From assembly GCA_963695095.1 (NCBI GenBank), contig CAVOFT010000001.1:1632001-1696000 (forward strand): 64,000 nt of DNA, read 5' to 3'. Below are positions 29,287 through 41,596 of this stretch, in pieces; position 1 is the first letter of the stretch, and each line of letters starts with the position of its first letter. The position numbers and the translations under genes were made by a program. This DNA is from an uncultured bacterium. GTDB taxonomy: Bacteria > Krumholzibacteriota > Krumholzibacteriia > JACNKJ01. The notes under the pieces were generated by a model. It was not told the origin of the DNA, did no database searches, and worked only from the letters and a program-made list of their open reading frames with translations.

Positions 29287-29847
29287 ATGAAGATCGTTGC
29301 CACCCAGATTCGTGCCGGCCAGATCCACCAGATCGATGGCGAGCTCTACCGGGTCACCGAGATGAACCACGTCACGCCGGGCAAGGGGCCGGCCCACGTG
29401 CAGGTCAAGATGAAGAACCTGCAGAGCGGCACGAACAAAGAGGTTCGCTATGGTTCCCCGGACAAGGTGGAGCGGGTGGACGTCCTCAGCAGCAAGATGA
29501 CCTTCAGCTACCAGGACGGCAGCGACTACGTCTTCATGGACGATGCGAGCTTCGAGCAGACCCACATTCCCGGGGACCTGCTCAGCGAGGCCCTGCCCTA
29601 CCTGGTCGAAAACACCACCGTCGACGTGCAGACCTTCGAGGGCCGCGTGGTGGGGGTCGAACTGCCGAAGGTGGTGGAGATGACCGTCCAGGAGACGCCG
29701 CCCGAGGTGAAGGGGGCCACCGCCACGGCCCAGACCAAGCCGGCGACCTGCGAGACCGGTCTGGTGGTCACCGTACCCGGATTCGTGCAGATCGGCACCC
29801 GCATCCGCGTGGACACGGCGACCGGAAAGTACCTCGAGCGGGCCTGA
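29287..29847 (+). CDS. efp: translation elongation factor P
   Basis: HVTPGKGPA loop, [29 protein letters not shown]. Confidence 0.96.
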   Translation: MKIVATQIRAGQIHQIDGELYRVTEMNHVTPGKGPAHVQVKMKNLQSGTNKEVRYGSPDKVERVDVLSSKMTFSYQDGSDYVFMDDASFEQTHIPGDLLSEALPYLVENTTVDVQTFEGRVVGVELPKVVEMTVQETPPEVKGATATAQTKPATCETGLVVTVPGFVQIGTRIRVDTATGKYLERA

Positions 29848-30001
29848 AATCCCCCTGCGCCTGCGCCTGCCGCTCGCCATTGACAAGGCTCGGCGGCCAC
29901 GCTTTCTTGTGCTCAGGACAGGAGTTGCGGGTCCTGAACTGCGGCCCTCTGCGCCGGCGCAGCTCCCGTCGAGATCCCCCGAGGATGATGGAGGAGACAG
30001 G

Positions 30002-32323
<2,322 letters not shown>

Positions 32324-32365
32324 CCGAGAAAGCGGTCGCGCCTCCGCGGCCGAGCGGTTACGCTG

Positions 32366-32395
32366 AGGGTCCGGGCCACAGCCCGGGCCCTTTTT
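32366..32395 (+). terminator. intrinsic terminator of maeB
   Basis: AGGGTCCGGGC-CACA-GCCCGGGCCC followed by TTTTT. Confidence 0.75.
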
Positions 32396-32415
32396 GCCAC
32401 CGGCCGAGGAGAGGC

Positions 32416-33756
32416 ATGGAGGAGTACGACGAACTCGAGATCGACGCGCTCGCCGCTGGCGGGGACGGCGTCGGGCGCCTGGCGGGCCAGGCTGTCTTCG
32501 TCGCCGGCGCCGTGCCGGGCGACCGCCTGCGCGTGCGCCTGGGCCAGCGCCACGCGCGCTGGGCCCGGGCGACGATGCTCGAGGTGCTGGCGCCAGGCCC
32601 GCTGCGGCGAACGCCGCCCTGTCCGGTGGCCGCCGATTGCGGCGGCTGCCAATGGCAGCAGGTGGAGGACTCCGGCCAGCGAGCCGCGCGCCAGGCCGTG
32701 GTCGAGGAGGCCCTGCGGCGCATCGGGGGTCTGGCGGAGTGGCCGCCGCCGGACTTCGCGCCGGCGCCCGCGGCCTTCGGCTACCGCCGGCGCGCCGAGT
32801 ACCGCCTGCGCTGCCTGGGCGCCGGCCGCATCGAGCTCGGCTTTCTCGCCCGCGGCAGCCACCGCCTCGTCGACCACGAGCGCTGCCTGCTCCTCGAGCC
32901 TAGCCTGGCCGCCGCGTTGCCCGCCCTGCGCGAACACCTGGTGGGGCGGCTGGCGCAGCGCGGCACCGCCGAGCTGGAACTCACCCTGCTCGCGGGCGAC
33001 GGGGGACCGGCGCTGCAGATCGTCGCCTCGGCCCTGGCCGGGGAGGCGGCGAGTCCTGAGCTGCCGGCGGCGCTGGCCGACTGGGAGCCCCCCGGCTTCA
33101 CCGCGTTGCACTGGGCGCTGCGCGATGCCGAAGGCCGCCTGCTCCGGGAGCCGCCGGGGACGCCCTTCCTGCTGGAGCGGGTGGAATTGGCCTGTCCGGA
33201 CGGCAGCACCCTGAGCTACCCGCTCTACACGCGGCCGGGGGAATTCGTGCAGGCCAATGCCGCCGCCAACCGGCAGCTCCTGGCCGCCCTCGTCGCCGAT
33301 GTCGACACGAGCGAAGCGCCCTGGCTGCTCGATCTCTACTGCGGCGCCGGCAACCTCAGTCTGCCGCTGGCCCTGCGCGGCGCCCGGGTGCTGGGCATCG
33401 AAAGTCGGCGCAGCGCCTTGCGCAGCGCGCGCAAGGCGGCCCGCGATGCGCACAGCGCGCGCGCGCGCTTCCGCGCAGGGGCGGTGGCCGAGCTCCTGCC
33501 CGCCCTGGCGGCCGAGGGTCGGCGCTATCGGACCGTGGTGCTCGATCCGCCGCGGCAGGGGGCGCCGGAACTCGCGGCCCAGCTCGATCCGCTGGGCGTC
33601 GAGGAGATCTTCGCACTGAGCTGCCACCCGGCCACCTTCGCCCGCGATCTCGCGGGCTGGACGGCGCGTGGCTTCGTGCTGCGCAGTCTGCGCCTCTTCG
33701 ATTTCTTCCCCCAGACCCATCACGTCGAGTTGCTGGCCCGGCTCACGCGGGCCTGA
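32416..33756 (+). CDS. RlmD/TrmA family rRNA (uracil-5-)-methyltransferase
   Basis: TRAM domain, CPVAADCGGC, FVQAN, LDLYCGAG, LDPPRQG, SCHPAT, FFPQTHHVE. Confidence 0.9.
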   Translation: MEEYDELEIDALAAGGDGVGRLAGQAVFVAGAVPGDRLRVRLGQRHARWARATMLEVLAPGPLRRTPPCPVAADCGGCQWQQVEDSGQRAARQAVVEEALRRIGGLAEWPPPDFAPAPAAFGYRRRAEYRLRCLGAGRIELGFLARGSHRLVDHERCLLLEPSLAAALPALREHLVGRLAQRGTAELELTLLAGDGGPALQIVASALAGEAASPELPAALADWEPPGFTALHWALRDAEGRLLREPPGTPFLLERVELACPDGSTLSYPLYTRPGEFVQANAAANRQLLAALVADVDTSEAPWLLDLYCGAGNLSLPLALRGARVLGIESRRSALRSARKAARDAHSARARFRAGAVAELLPALAAEGRRYRTVVLDPPRQGAPELAAQLDPLGVEEIFALSCHPATFARDLAGWTARGFVLRSLRLFDFFPQTHHVELLARLTRA

Positions 33757-34684
33757 GCCTGCCTGCGGCGAGCAGGGCCTCGACCTCGGCCAGGCTGGGC
33801 AGACCGCTGCGGCCACCCGGCGCCCGGCACTTGAGTCCGGCCAGGGCGCAGGCGAAGCGAAGGGTGGCGGCGGCGTCCAGGCCGGCCAGCAGGCCATGGC
33901 AGACGCCGGCATGGAAGGCGTCGCCGGCGCCGGTCGTGTCCACGACGGGCACGGCGAAGGCCGGCTGGCGAAGCAAGCGGCGGCCATCCCAGCTCACGGC
34001 GCCGCGCTCGCCGAGGGTCACCGTGACGCGGCCGCTGCCCATGGCAAGCAGCGCGGCCAGGGTGGCGGGCGCGTCGGGCGGCTCGCCGGCGCCAAGCAGC
34101 TTGGCGGGGAAGCTCTCGTCGGCTACCAGTTCGTCCACCAGGGGCAGGAGCGCGGCAGTGCCGGGCGCGCAGTACTCGGCGTCGAGCACCACGCGGCCGC
34201 CGTGGGCGCGGCAATGGGCGGCAGCGAGGAGACATGCCTCGAGTTCATGGCCGTCGATGAGGAGCAGATAGGGCGCGTCGGGCAGGAGCCCGGGTGCGAC
34301 ATCCGTGGGCGCCAGGTCGATCTCGGGGCCGCGCTGGACGAAGATGGTCCGCTCGCCGCCGGCGGCCGGCACCAGGATCAGCGAGAGCTGGCTGCGGGCG
34401 CCGGTCACGGTGATGAGGCCGGCGGTGTCCACGCCGGCAGCGCGAAACTCCCGCTCGATGCGCTCGCCCTCGGCATCATCGCCGCGCTTGCCGATGATCC
34501 GCACCCGGTGGCCGAGGCGGGCCAGGGCGACCAGGGCGCTGGCCACCTGGCCGCCGCCCTGCTCGAGAACGCCGCGGACGCGGGTCTTGCCGCCCTGGGC
34601 GGGATAGCGCTCCACCTGGTAGATGCGATCGTAGGCGCACCAGCCAAGGCCGACGACGGCGACGGGATCTGAGCGGGCGGGCAT
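33743..34684 (-). CDS. PfkB family carbohydrate kinase
   Basis: GGGQVASALVALARLG, VTLGERGA, VVDTTGAGDAF. Confidence 0.9.
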   Translation of the reverse strand: MPARSDPVAVVGLGWCAYDRIYQVERYPAQGGKTRVRGVLEQGGGQVASALVALARLGHRVRIIGKRGDDAEGERIEREFRAAGVDTAGLITVTGARSQLSLILVPAAGGERTIFVQRGPEIDLAPTDVAPGLLPDAPYLLLIDGHELEACLLAAAHCRAHGGRVVLDAEYCAPGTAALLPLVDELVADESFPAKLLGAGEPPDAPATLAALLAMGSGRVTVTLGERGAVSWDGRRLLRQPAFAVPVVDTTGAGDAFHAGVCHGLLAGLDAAATLRFACALAGLKCRAPGGRSGLPSLAEVEALLAAGRLRPA

Positions 34685-34764
34685 TGGCGCTTGCTCCCTG
34701 GCGGCCGGCTGTGCTTGGCTGACCGGCCAGCGCCACAGCCTAGCAGCGGGGGGAGTGTCTGCCA

Positions 34765-35046
34765 ATGGAGCGTCGAGGCTATCTGATCACGGGCCGGGTG
34801 CAGGGTGTCGGCTATCGGGCCTTCGTCCACCGCGCCGCGCGCGGGCTCGGCCTGGCCGGCTGGGTCTGCAATCGCGCCGACGGCAGCGTGGAGGTGCTCG
34901 CCGAGGGCGCAGCCAGCGCCCTCGACGCCCTCGAAGGTCAGCTCCGGCAGGGGCCGGCCGCCGGCTCCGTCAAGGCGGTCACGCGCGGGCCGGCAGCCGC
35001 GGACGAGCGCTTCGCCGGCGGCGACTTCGAGATCCGCTTCGGCTAG
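34765..35046 (+). CDS. acyP: acylphosphatase
   Basis: GRVQGVGYR, GWVCNRADGSVE. Confidence 0.93.
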   Translation: MERRGYLITGRVQGVGYRAFVHRAARGLGLAGWVCNRADGSVEVLAEGAASALDALEGQLRQGPAAGSVKAVTRGPAAADERFAGGDFEIRFG

Positions 35047-35049
35047 CGT

Positions 35050-35223
35050 TCACTCGTAGCTGGGGTCATCGGCATCGCAACCGCGGGCGATGATGTCGCG
35101 GTGCTCGTCGCGGCGGGCCAGGCAGGGGCGGCAGTACCAGAGCTCCTCGATGTGCTCGTCCGCCACCAGGTCGTCGGTGGCGCTACAGTAGACGCACGCG
35201 CGGTGCTCGTCCGCCCTCTCCAT
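35050..35223 (-). CDS. small acidic Cys-motif protein (57 aa)
   Basis: Fills the gap downstream of the phnD-like gene; CVYC...WYCRPC; GC-rich third positions. Confidence 0.6.
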   Translation of the reverse strand: MERADEHRACVYCSATDDLVADEHIEELWYCRPCLARRDEHRDIIARGCDADDPSYE

Positions 35224-35234
35224 GTCCGGTCGTC

Positions 35235-36152
35235 TCAGCGGTTGCGCACGGCGGCGAAGGCGGCGCGGACGACGTCGTAGTCGGCGTCCTGTCCAGGGAT
35301 GAGATTGTCGATGTTGTAGAGGTCGCCCAGGATCACGCGGCCCGCGTTGCTCCCGCCCATGTCGAGCAGGACGGTCTTCACCTTGGCGACCAGCGCCGCC
35401 TGGGTCTCCAGCATGCGCGCCGTCACCGTGAAGGTATCGCCGGGAATGGGCGGCGAGAAGTAGATGGGCACCAGCTTGGCGGCTTCGGTGGCGGCGATGA
35501 ATTCCTCCGCCGTCCATGCGCCCTCCCGGCCCTCGGGATCGTCGGCGAAGGTGGCGCCGGCCGCCACCTCGCCGGCGAGGATGCTCCGGATGACGGCGCT
35601 GTGGCCGCCAGCATAGACGATTTCCGCAAAGAAGCGATCGGGATCGATACCCTCGGCGAGGAGGGCGCTCATCGGCACGACGTAGCCCGAGGTCGAACCC
35701 AGGTGCGTGAAGGCGATGCGCTTGCCCTTGAGTTCGCCCAGGCTGTGGATGCCGCTGTCGCGCCGTACGAGGATCACGCTCCAGTAGAAGGGCCGGCCGC
35801 TGCGCTCGCTCTTGAGCAGAATCTCGGCGTCGGCCACCTGAGCGGCCGTCACGTAGCCGAGGGGCGACAGGAAGGCGAAATCGACGCGACCTTCGGCAAT
35901 GGCGCGAATGAGCTGGCTGTAGCTGCCCTCGATCACCGGCTGGCAGCGCAGGCCGCTGCGCTCTTCCAGGAAGGCCGTGAAGGCATTCGCCTTCAGGCGG
36001 ATGATGCCCGGACTCTCGCCGCCGTTGAAACCGATGCGCAAGGGCAGCGCCTCCGTGCCTTCCTGGGCGGGGAGAGGGGCGGGCAGGCCGCCGACGAACA
36101 GGCCGACGAGAAGGGCGAGCAGACGGCGGAGCGACAGGGAACGGCGGATCAC
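35235..36152 (-). CDS. PhnD-like phosphate/phosphite/phosphonate-binding protein
   Basis: VDFAFLSPLGYV, LKGKRIAF...STSGYVVP, AGGHSA; GGAGG RBS with GTG start. Confidence 0.88.
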   Translation of the reverse strand: MIRRSLSLRRLLALLVGLFVGGLPAPLPAQEGTEALPLRIGFNGGESPGIIRLKANAFTAFLEERSGLRCQPVIEGSYSQLIRAIAEGRVDFAFLSPLGYVTAAQVADAEILLKSERSGRPFYWSVILVRRDSGIHSLGELKGKRIAFTHLGSTSGYVVPMSALLAEGIDPDRFFAEIVYAGGHSAVIRSILAGEVAAGATFADDPEGREGAWTAEEFIAATEAAKLVPIYFSPPIPGDTFTVTARMLETQAALVAKVKTVLLDMGGSNAGRVILGDLYNIDNLIPGQDADYDVVRAAFAAVRNR

Positions 36153-36208
36153 AGCGACCTCCCCCAGCTGGAGACACGCGGCGAGGCTGACACAGGGCCG
36201 CGGCCCTG

Positions 36209-37837
36209 TCAACGCAGGGCTGGCGGACCGGCGCCCAGCGCGGTCGGCGACAGGACGCTGAACTGGCCGCGCGCCGCCGCGCGCCGGCCGCTCAGGCGGT
36301 CGTGCACCTCGACTTCCACCAGATAGCTGTCCTCCGCGAAGGCTGCGGCGGGAATGCCGAGCGGATGGCGGGCCATCTCCCCGCTGTGGCGGTCGACGAA
36401 GGTGCTGCCGGCCTCGGCATCGGCGACCTCTTCGCGCGTCCAGAGCCAGGACGACTTGACCGCCGGCGTGCGCGGGCGGATGCGGTAGCTCACCGAGTAG
36501 TCGTTGAGGCCCTCGGCGTCCACGCTGAGACCATAGATTTCGAAGTAGAGCTGGACGCTGCGATCCATGGCGTAGGCGCGCAGGGGGTGCGGCGTCACGA
36601 TCCACTCGCCCTTGGCGAAGTCGGCAGGGGCGGAGCCCCGCTGGATAGCGCTGGCGAAGCAGATGTCGCTGAGCGTCAGGCTGTCGGGCGCGAAGGTCGG
36701 CACGCTGACCCGCGTGGTGAAGATCTGCAAGCGCTTGCCGACCAGGTCCTCCAGGCGCAGGGCCAGACGGTAGTCGCCGGGTGGCAGCAGCGCACTCGCG
36801 AGGCCGGGCACCAGCAGTGGGCGCTGCGTGTCCGCCAGCGTCTCGGCATGGATGCTCTGGCGATCGGACAGAGTCGCTGCCACGCGCTCGTCGCTGTCGT
36901 AGAAGACCACTTCGCGCAGGAGCGCGGCGCCGAAGTCGCCCGCCGCTTCATCCCAGGCGAAGCCGAGATCGCTCAGGCGGACCTCGTGGCTGAGCTCGAC
37001 GCGGGTGCGGCTGCCGGCGCCGCGAAAGCAGTCGACTGCGAAGACCGCCCAGAGGGGTGCGGTCCGGAAGTCGTGGACGTAGGGGTCGCGCCGCGAGCGG
37101 CGGTGCTCCTGGTAGCTCGCCTCCATGCGCCGGAACTTGGAGCCCATCAAGTCGGCAATGATCTTCTGGTTCTGCACCTCGAGCGCATTGATCACCTCGC
37201 CCTCGGCGAGCTGGCGCAGCAGGTCCTGGTAGGCGAGCGGATCGCTGAGGCGCAGTTCATCGAGGAGTCGGGTGTCGGCGGCCTGGCCGTCCTGCAGGAA
37301 GGCGTTCTCCAGGCGCACGCGCTGGTCAGGGCGTGAGGAGGGCGCCTCATCCCAGGCCTGTTCCCACTCGCCGTCCAGGTTCCAGTCGGCGTAAGTGGCG
37401 CGCATGGAGGGGGAGAGCCAGAGCCAGATCGTCCGCGCCGGGTGGTGTCCGGTCTCGTCGAACCACTCGTCGATGGTCGCCGTCTCGTCCGGCGGGCCGA
37501 AGCGGATGTAGTCCTCGCCGCGCCGGTCGACGCCGATGCCCGCTCGCGCCGGATAGAGCGCCCGGGCCGTCTCCAGCCGCTTCTCGTGCTCTTCGCGGCG
37601 CTCGTTCAGGGCCGTCGTCGGCGTGGGATCCCGGCTGATCCAGAAGTGCCGGTTCCACTCTGCAGCGGCGGCGGGCGAGTCCAGGGCGAGCAGCGCCTCC
37701 TCTTCGGCATGGGTGAGGATGGGCGACAGGTCCTGCCACAGGTAGCGCTGCCAAGCGGGCAGGGTCGCCGGGTCGATGGGGGCGGCCGCTCCAGCGATCG
37801 GTAGCACCAGGAGCAAGAGCCAGGCGAAGCGCGTCAT
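36209..37837 (-). CDS. GWxTD-domain-containing exported protein
   Basis: FWISRDPTPTTALNE...DRRGEDYIRFGPPD; two C-terminal Ig-like domains (LYFEIYGL). Confidence 0.8.
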   Translation of the reverse strand: MTRFAWLLLLVLPIAGAAAPIDPATLPAWQRYLWQDLSPILTHAEEEALLALDSPAAAAEWNRHFWISRDPTPTTALNERREEHEKRLETARALYPARAGIGVDRRGEDYIRFGPPDETATIDEWFDETGHHPARTIWLWLSPSMRATYADWNLDGEWEQAWDEAPSSRPDQRVRLENAFLQDGQAADTRLLDELRLSDPLAYQDLLRQLAEGEVINALEVQNQKIIADLMGSKFRRMEASYQEHRRSRRDPYVHDFRTAPLWAVFAVDCFRGAGSRTRVELSHEVRLSDLGFAWDEAAGDFGAALLREVVFYDSDERVAATLSDRQSIHAETLADTQRPLLVPGLASALLPPGDYRLALRLEDLVGKRLQIFTTRVSVPTFAPDSLTLSDICFASAIQRGSAPADFAKGEWIVTPHPLRAYAMDRSVQLYFEIYGLSVDAEGLNDYSVSYRIRPRTPAVKSSWLWTREEVADAEAGSTFVDRHSGEMARHPLGIPAAAFAEDSYLVEVEVHDRLSGRRAAARGQFSVLSPTALGAGPPALR

Positions 37838-37849
37838 GGCCGATCCCGT

Positions 37850-40800
37850 CTACTTGAGCAGGGTCAGCTTGAGCTGGCCCCGCCAGGCCCCGGCCATCAG
37901 GTGGAGCGCATAGACGCCGCTGGCCGCCGGGCGTCCGGCCTCGTCGCGCCCGTCCCAGGTCCACTGGTGGCGTCCAGCTGGCATGCGATCGAGCGTGAGA
38001 CGCCGCAGGCAACGGCCCGAGGCGTCGTGGATGGCCAGGGCCACGGTGGCCGGCGCCGGCAAGTCGAAGCTGAGCGTGGTGCTGGGGTTGAAGGGGTTGG
38101 GATGGGCGCCGCGCAGGGCGAAGCGCGCGGGCAGGTCCTCGTCCGCCGCGGTGTCGCTCTGGCCCGTGCCGTCGACCTCGTTCGAGTAGCCGCTCGCGTA
38201 GCCATCGCCGTCGTATGCGCTGACCTTGTAGTAGAAGACGGTCGTGTCGTCCGGGACCTCGTCCCGCCAGGTGGACGCCGGCGGGGCGATGAGAGCCACG
38301 CGGTTGCCCGCCGCCGGCAGGAAGTCGGGGCTCAGATCGCGATAGACGGCGTAGCCGGCCAGATCGCCCTCCTCGTTGTCGGCCCAGTCGAGCTCCACGA
38401 ACCAATCGCGGAGGCCAAGCGTGAGCACCGCCAGATCGCGGGGAGCGGCGGGCTGGTCGGCGGCGGCCTCGGGTCCGCCGTGGGCGCCGATATCGCTGCG
38501 GCCGCCGTCCGGATCCAGAATCGCCGGATCGCCGGCGTCCAGGGCCGGCGAGTCGAGGCCCAGGTGGAAGTCGCCCTGCGCGGCATCCACGTAGAGCGGA
38601 TCGGCGTGGGTGTCGCCGCCGCTGCTGCTGATGCCGTAGTAGTCTCCGGCGCCGTTGCCGAAGAAGTTGTTGTAGGCCGCCGTCGGCAGGCTGGTCCCGG
38701 AGGCGAAGATCGGAAAGCCCGCCATGCCGTTCGTGAACTGGCAGTTGCGCAGGTCCAGGGGCGCCTCGTTGCAGGCGATGACGGCGCCCACATAGAGGCC
38801 GGCAGTGGCATCCACGGTGCAATTGCGGACGTGGCCGCTGGCGCTGCTGGCGTAGAGGACGGCGCCCTGAATGGCGGCCTCCTCCGCCCGGAAGCTCGAA
38901 CTGCGCACGGCGAACTGGGCGCCGGGCGCGCCGTAGAGCGCGCCGCCGAAGTTGGTGAGGGTGGGACTGCCGTTGCCGCTGAAAGCTGCGCCGGTGACCG
39001 TGAGCGCTGCCGCTGTGTGGATGGCGCCTCCAGCCGCGGCGCTGTTGTCGGTGAGGCTGCAATCGACCAGGTCGACCGGGCCGAGCGCAGCAATGGCCCC
39101 GCCCGCCGGGCCGGCGCTGTTATTCGTGAAGCTGGCCCCGTTCAAGCTAAGGCTGCTGCCGGCGTCCACGTAGGCGCCGCCGCCCTCGTCGTCGGCCATG
39201 TTGCCGGCGAAGCCGACGCTGTTGCCGCTCAGCTGGCCGGCTTCCAGGTGCAGGGCACCGCCGCGCCGCGCGGGGTTCATGGCGTGCGTCGCCGCATTGG
39301 CCACGAAGTCGCAATCCGTGAGCGCGACGGTGGCGTTGTAGAGGCCGAGGCCGCCGCCCCGCCGTGCCCGATTGTTCTCGAAGCGGCAGGCAACGAGGCT
39401 GAGCGAGGTGCCGGCCACGAAGAGCCCGCCCCCGCAAGAGACCGCCTCATCGCTGAGATCGCAGTCGGCGAAGGTGAGATGGCTGAGGCTGGGCTGGCCG
39501 GCGCTCACCAGCATGGCGCCACCGTAACGGCCGAGCTCGGGATAGTAGCCCGAGCTGCCGCCGCCGTTCTCCAGCCGGAAGCCGTCGATCGCGAGCGCGG
39601 CACCGAGCCCGGCCGTGTTCAGCACGAAGAGGGGCTGGATGCCGTTGCCGACGAGGGTGCTGGGCGCGGACGCAGGGTCGCGGCTCGTGTAGTCTTCGCT
39701 CCAGCCGCCGAGAATGGCCAGGGCCTTGGTCGGATTGATCAGGGTCACAGCAGCCGTCACGCTGCTGCGCACGGCCAGCGTGTCGCCGGCGAGGGCGAAG
39801 TCGAGCGCTTCCTGGAAGCTGGCGAACTCCTCCGGGAAAGCGAAGAAGCCGCCGCCGCCCAGCGCCTGAAAGCCGTTGATGCGGCCCGCGCCTAGCAGGC
39901 CCGCGTAGCTGGGATTCAGCGCATCGAGGTCATCGCAGGTTTCGATCAGGCGGTCCAGCACGGCCGTGGCGTGGGCCTGGCTGCGGGCGCCGCCGTGAAG
40001 CTGCCAGTAGATCTGACCGATGAGCCCGGCGGTCAGCGGGCTCGAGAACGAGGTGCCCTGGGTGACCACGTAGCCGTCGATCGCCGTGGTGAGGATGCCC
40101 GTGCCGGGTGCGGAGACGTCCACCCAGGTGCCGTAGTTGGAGAAGGTGGCCTTGCCGTCGGTGCTGGTCGTGGCTGCGACGTCGACGCACTTGTTCGTGG
40201 TCGCCAGGTAGTCCGGCGTGCTGCTGTTGTCATTGCCCGCGGCGACGACCATGATCGCGCCCGCGCTGGTGCAGGCGTTCACGGCCGCCGCCAGGCTCGG
40301 CGTGTAGCTGGAGCCGTAGCTGAGGTTGATGACCTGGGCGCCCTTGATGCGGGCGTAGTTGAAGGCGCTGGCCTGGATGGACGAGTAGGTGATGGCCGTC
40401 ATCCCGCCCTGGCCGTCGTCCACGGCCCAGCCGATGCGCAGGGGCATCACCCGCAGCTGCCAGCCGATGGAGGCGATGCCCTCCCCGTTGTCGCTGATGG
40501 CACTCACGCAGCCGGCGCAGTTGGTGCCGTGCCCCTGGAAATCGTCGGGATCGTTGTCCTCGGTGGCGTAGTCCTCGCCCGCGTAGGGCCCGGTGCCCAC
40601 GTTGACGAAGTCCCAGCCCCGCCAGTCGTCGAGGTAGCCGTTGCCGTCGTCGTCGACCAAGTTGGCGCCGCTCAACTCCTGCCAATCCGTATAGAGATTG
40701 CCCGCAAGATAGGGAGCGGGCCCGGCGAGGTCGGGATGGTCCAGGTCCACGCCCGTATCGCAGACGGCGACGACGACGCTGCTGTCGCCGCGGCTGTGGC

Positions 40801-41347
40801 CCCAGGCGCCCTTGGCGCGCAGGGTGCCGATGCCGCCGTTCGTCACCAGGTAGTACTGGGTGGCCAGACTGGGGTCGTTGGGCGTGACGATGTCGACCGG
40901 CGCCCGCGCCAGCTCGCAGCGCAGCACCGGCCAGGCGGTGAGCACCTCGGGCAAGTCCATGAGGGCGAGGCAGGCCGCGCGCAGATCCGTTGCCGGATCC
41001 AGGCTGGCCGTGAAGAAGCGGTCGCGGAAGTCGCCGAAGCGGCCGCCGGGGGGCGCCACCTGGAAGAAGATGCTCTCCAGGCGCTCGAGCCCGCGCGCCG
41101 CCAGGAGCGCGTCCAGCGCGGGCAGGCCGCTGCGTCCAGTGCGGGCCAGCTCGGCAGGAGCGGCCGGCGCAGCGGCGAGCTGGATCTCCAGCAGGCCCGG
41201 CACGATTCGCGCCGCCTCGTCCCGGAAGAGCGCCGCGAAGGCGGCCTCTTCGCTGGGGCTGAGGAAGGCGGCCGCCGCGGGGCGGGTCCCGAGCAGGCCG
41301 AGCAGGGCGATGCCGAGGCAGATCAGGCGCAGGGCGAACTTGAACAC
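37850..41347 (-). CDS. S8 subtilisin-like protease with beta-helix repeats, Fn3-like domain and FlgD-like CTD
   Basis: Catalytic triad CDTGVD / GHGTNCAG / GTSFSSP; F..N...GGA repeats; HPNPFNPST...WDGRDEAG..SGVY. Confidence 0.92.
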   Translation of the reverse strand: MFKFALRLICLGIALLGLLGTRPAAAAFLSPSEEAAFAALFRDEAARIVPGLLEIQLAAAPAAPAELARTGRSGLPALDALLAARGLERLESIFFQVAPPGGRFGDFRDRFFTASLDPATDLRAACLALMDLPEVLTAWPVLRCELARAPVDIVTPNDPSLATQYYLVTNGGIGTLRAKGAWGHSRGDSSVVVAVCDTGVDLDHPDLAGPAPYLAGNLYTDWQELSGANLVDDDGNGYLDDWRGWDFVNVGTGPYAGEDYATEDNDPDDFQGHGTNCAGCVSAISDNGEGIASIGWQLRVMPLRIGWAVDDGQGGMTAITYSSIQASAFNYARIKGAQVINLSYGSSYTPSLAAAVNACTSAGAIMVVAAGNDNSSTPDYLATTNKCVDVAATTSTDGKATFSNYGTWVDVSAPGTGILTTAIDGYVVTQGTSFSSPLTAGLIGQIYWQLHGGARSQAHATAVLDRLIETCDDLDALNPSYAGLLGAGRINGFQALGGGGFFAFPEEFASFQEALDFALAGDTLAVRSSVTAAVTLINPTKALAILGGWSEDYTSRDPASAPSTLVGNGIQPLFVLNTAGLGAALAIDGFRLENGGGSSGYYPELGRYGGAMLVSAGQPSLSHLTFADCDLSDEAVSCGGGLFVAGTSLSLVACRFENNRARRGGGLGLYNATVALTDCDFVANAATHAMNPARRGGALHLEAGQLSGNSVGFAGNMADDEGGGAYVDAGSSLSLNGASFTNNSAGPAGGAIAALGPVDLVDCSLTDNSAAAGGAIHTAAALTVTGAAFSGNGSPTLTNFGGALYGAPGAQFAVRSSSFRAEEAAIQGAVLYASSASGHVRNCTVDATAGLYVGAVIACNEAPLDLRNCQFTNGMAGFPIFASGTSLPTAAYNNFFGNGAGDYYGISSSGGDTHADPLYVDAAQGDFHLGLDSPALDAGDPAILDPDGGRSDIGAHGGPEAAADQPAAPRDLAVLTLGLRDWFVELDWADNEEGDLAGYAVYRDLSPDFLPAAGNRVALIAPPASTWRDEVPDDTTVFYYKVSAYDGDGYASGYSNEVDGTGQSDTAADEDLPARFALRGAHPNPFNPSTTLSFDLPAPATVALAIHDASGRCLRRLTLDRMPAGRHQWTWDGRDEAGRPAASGVYALHLMAGAWRGQLKLTLLK

Positions 41348-41501
41348 GGGGGACCTCCCGCCACGAGTGGGTCGGCCAGCCAGCGGCGCGCCGGCGGCTG
41401 GATCAAGATAACGCAGGCGACCGCTCGGCTCAAAGCGGTGTTCGCTTCTCCGGCGCGGCCGCGGGCGCCGCTATCCGCCGATCTTGGGGGCACTTTGCCC
41501 G

Positions 41502-41530
41502 TTGACTCGATCTGGAGCCGGTGGTATGTT
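41502..41530 (+). promoter_or_regulatory. sigma70-type promoter
   Basis: TTGACT-N17-TATGTT. Confidence 0.6.
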
Positions 41531-41596
41531 TCGCCCGCTTCTCCAAACTGCCCCTCATCATAGTGAGCCTGTGAGACTCTGGAAGGGAGTTCGTCC

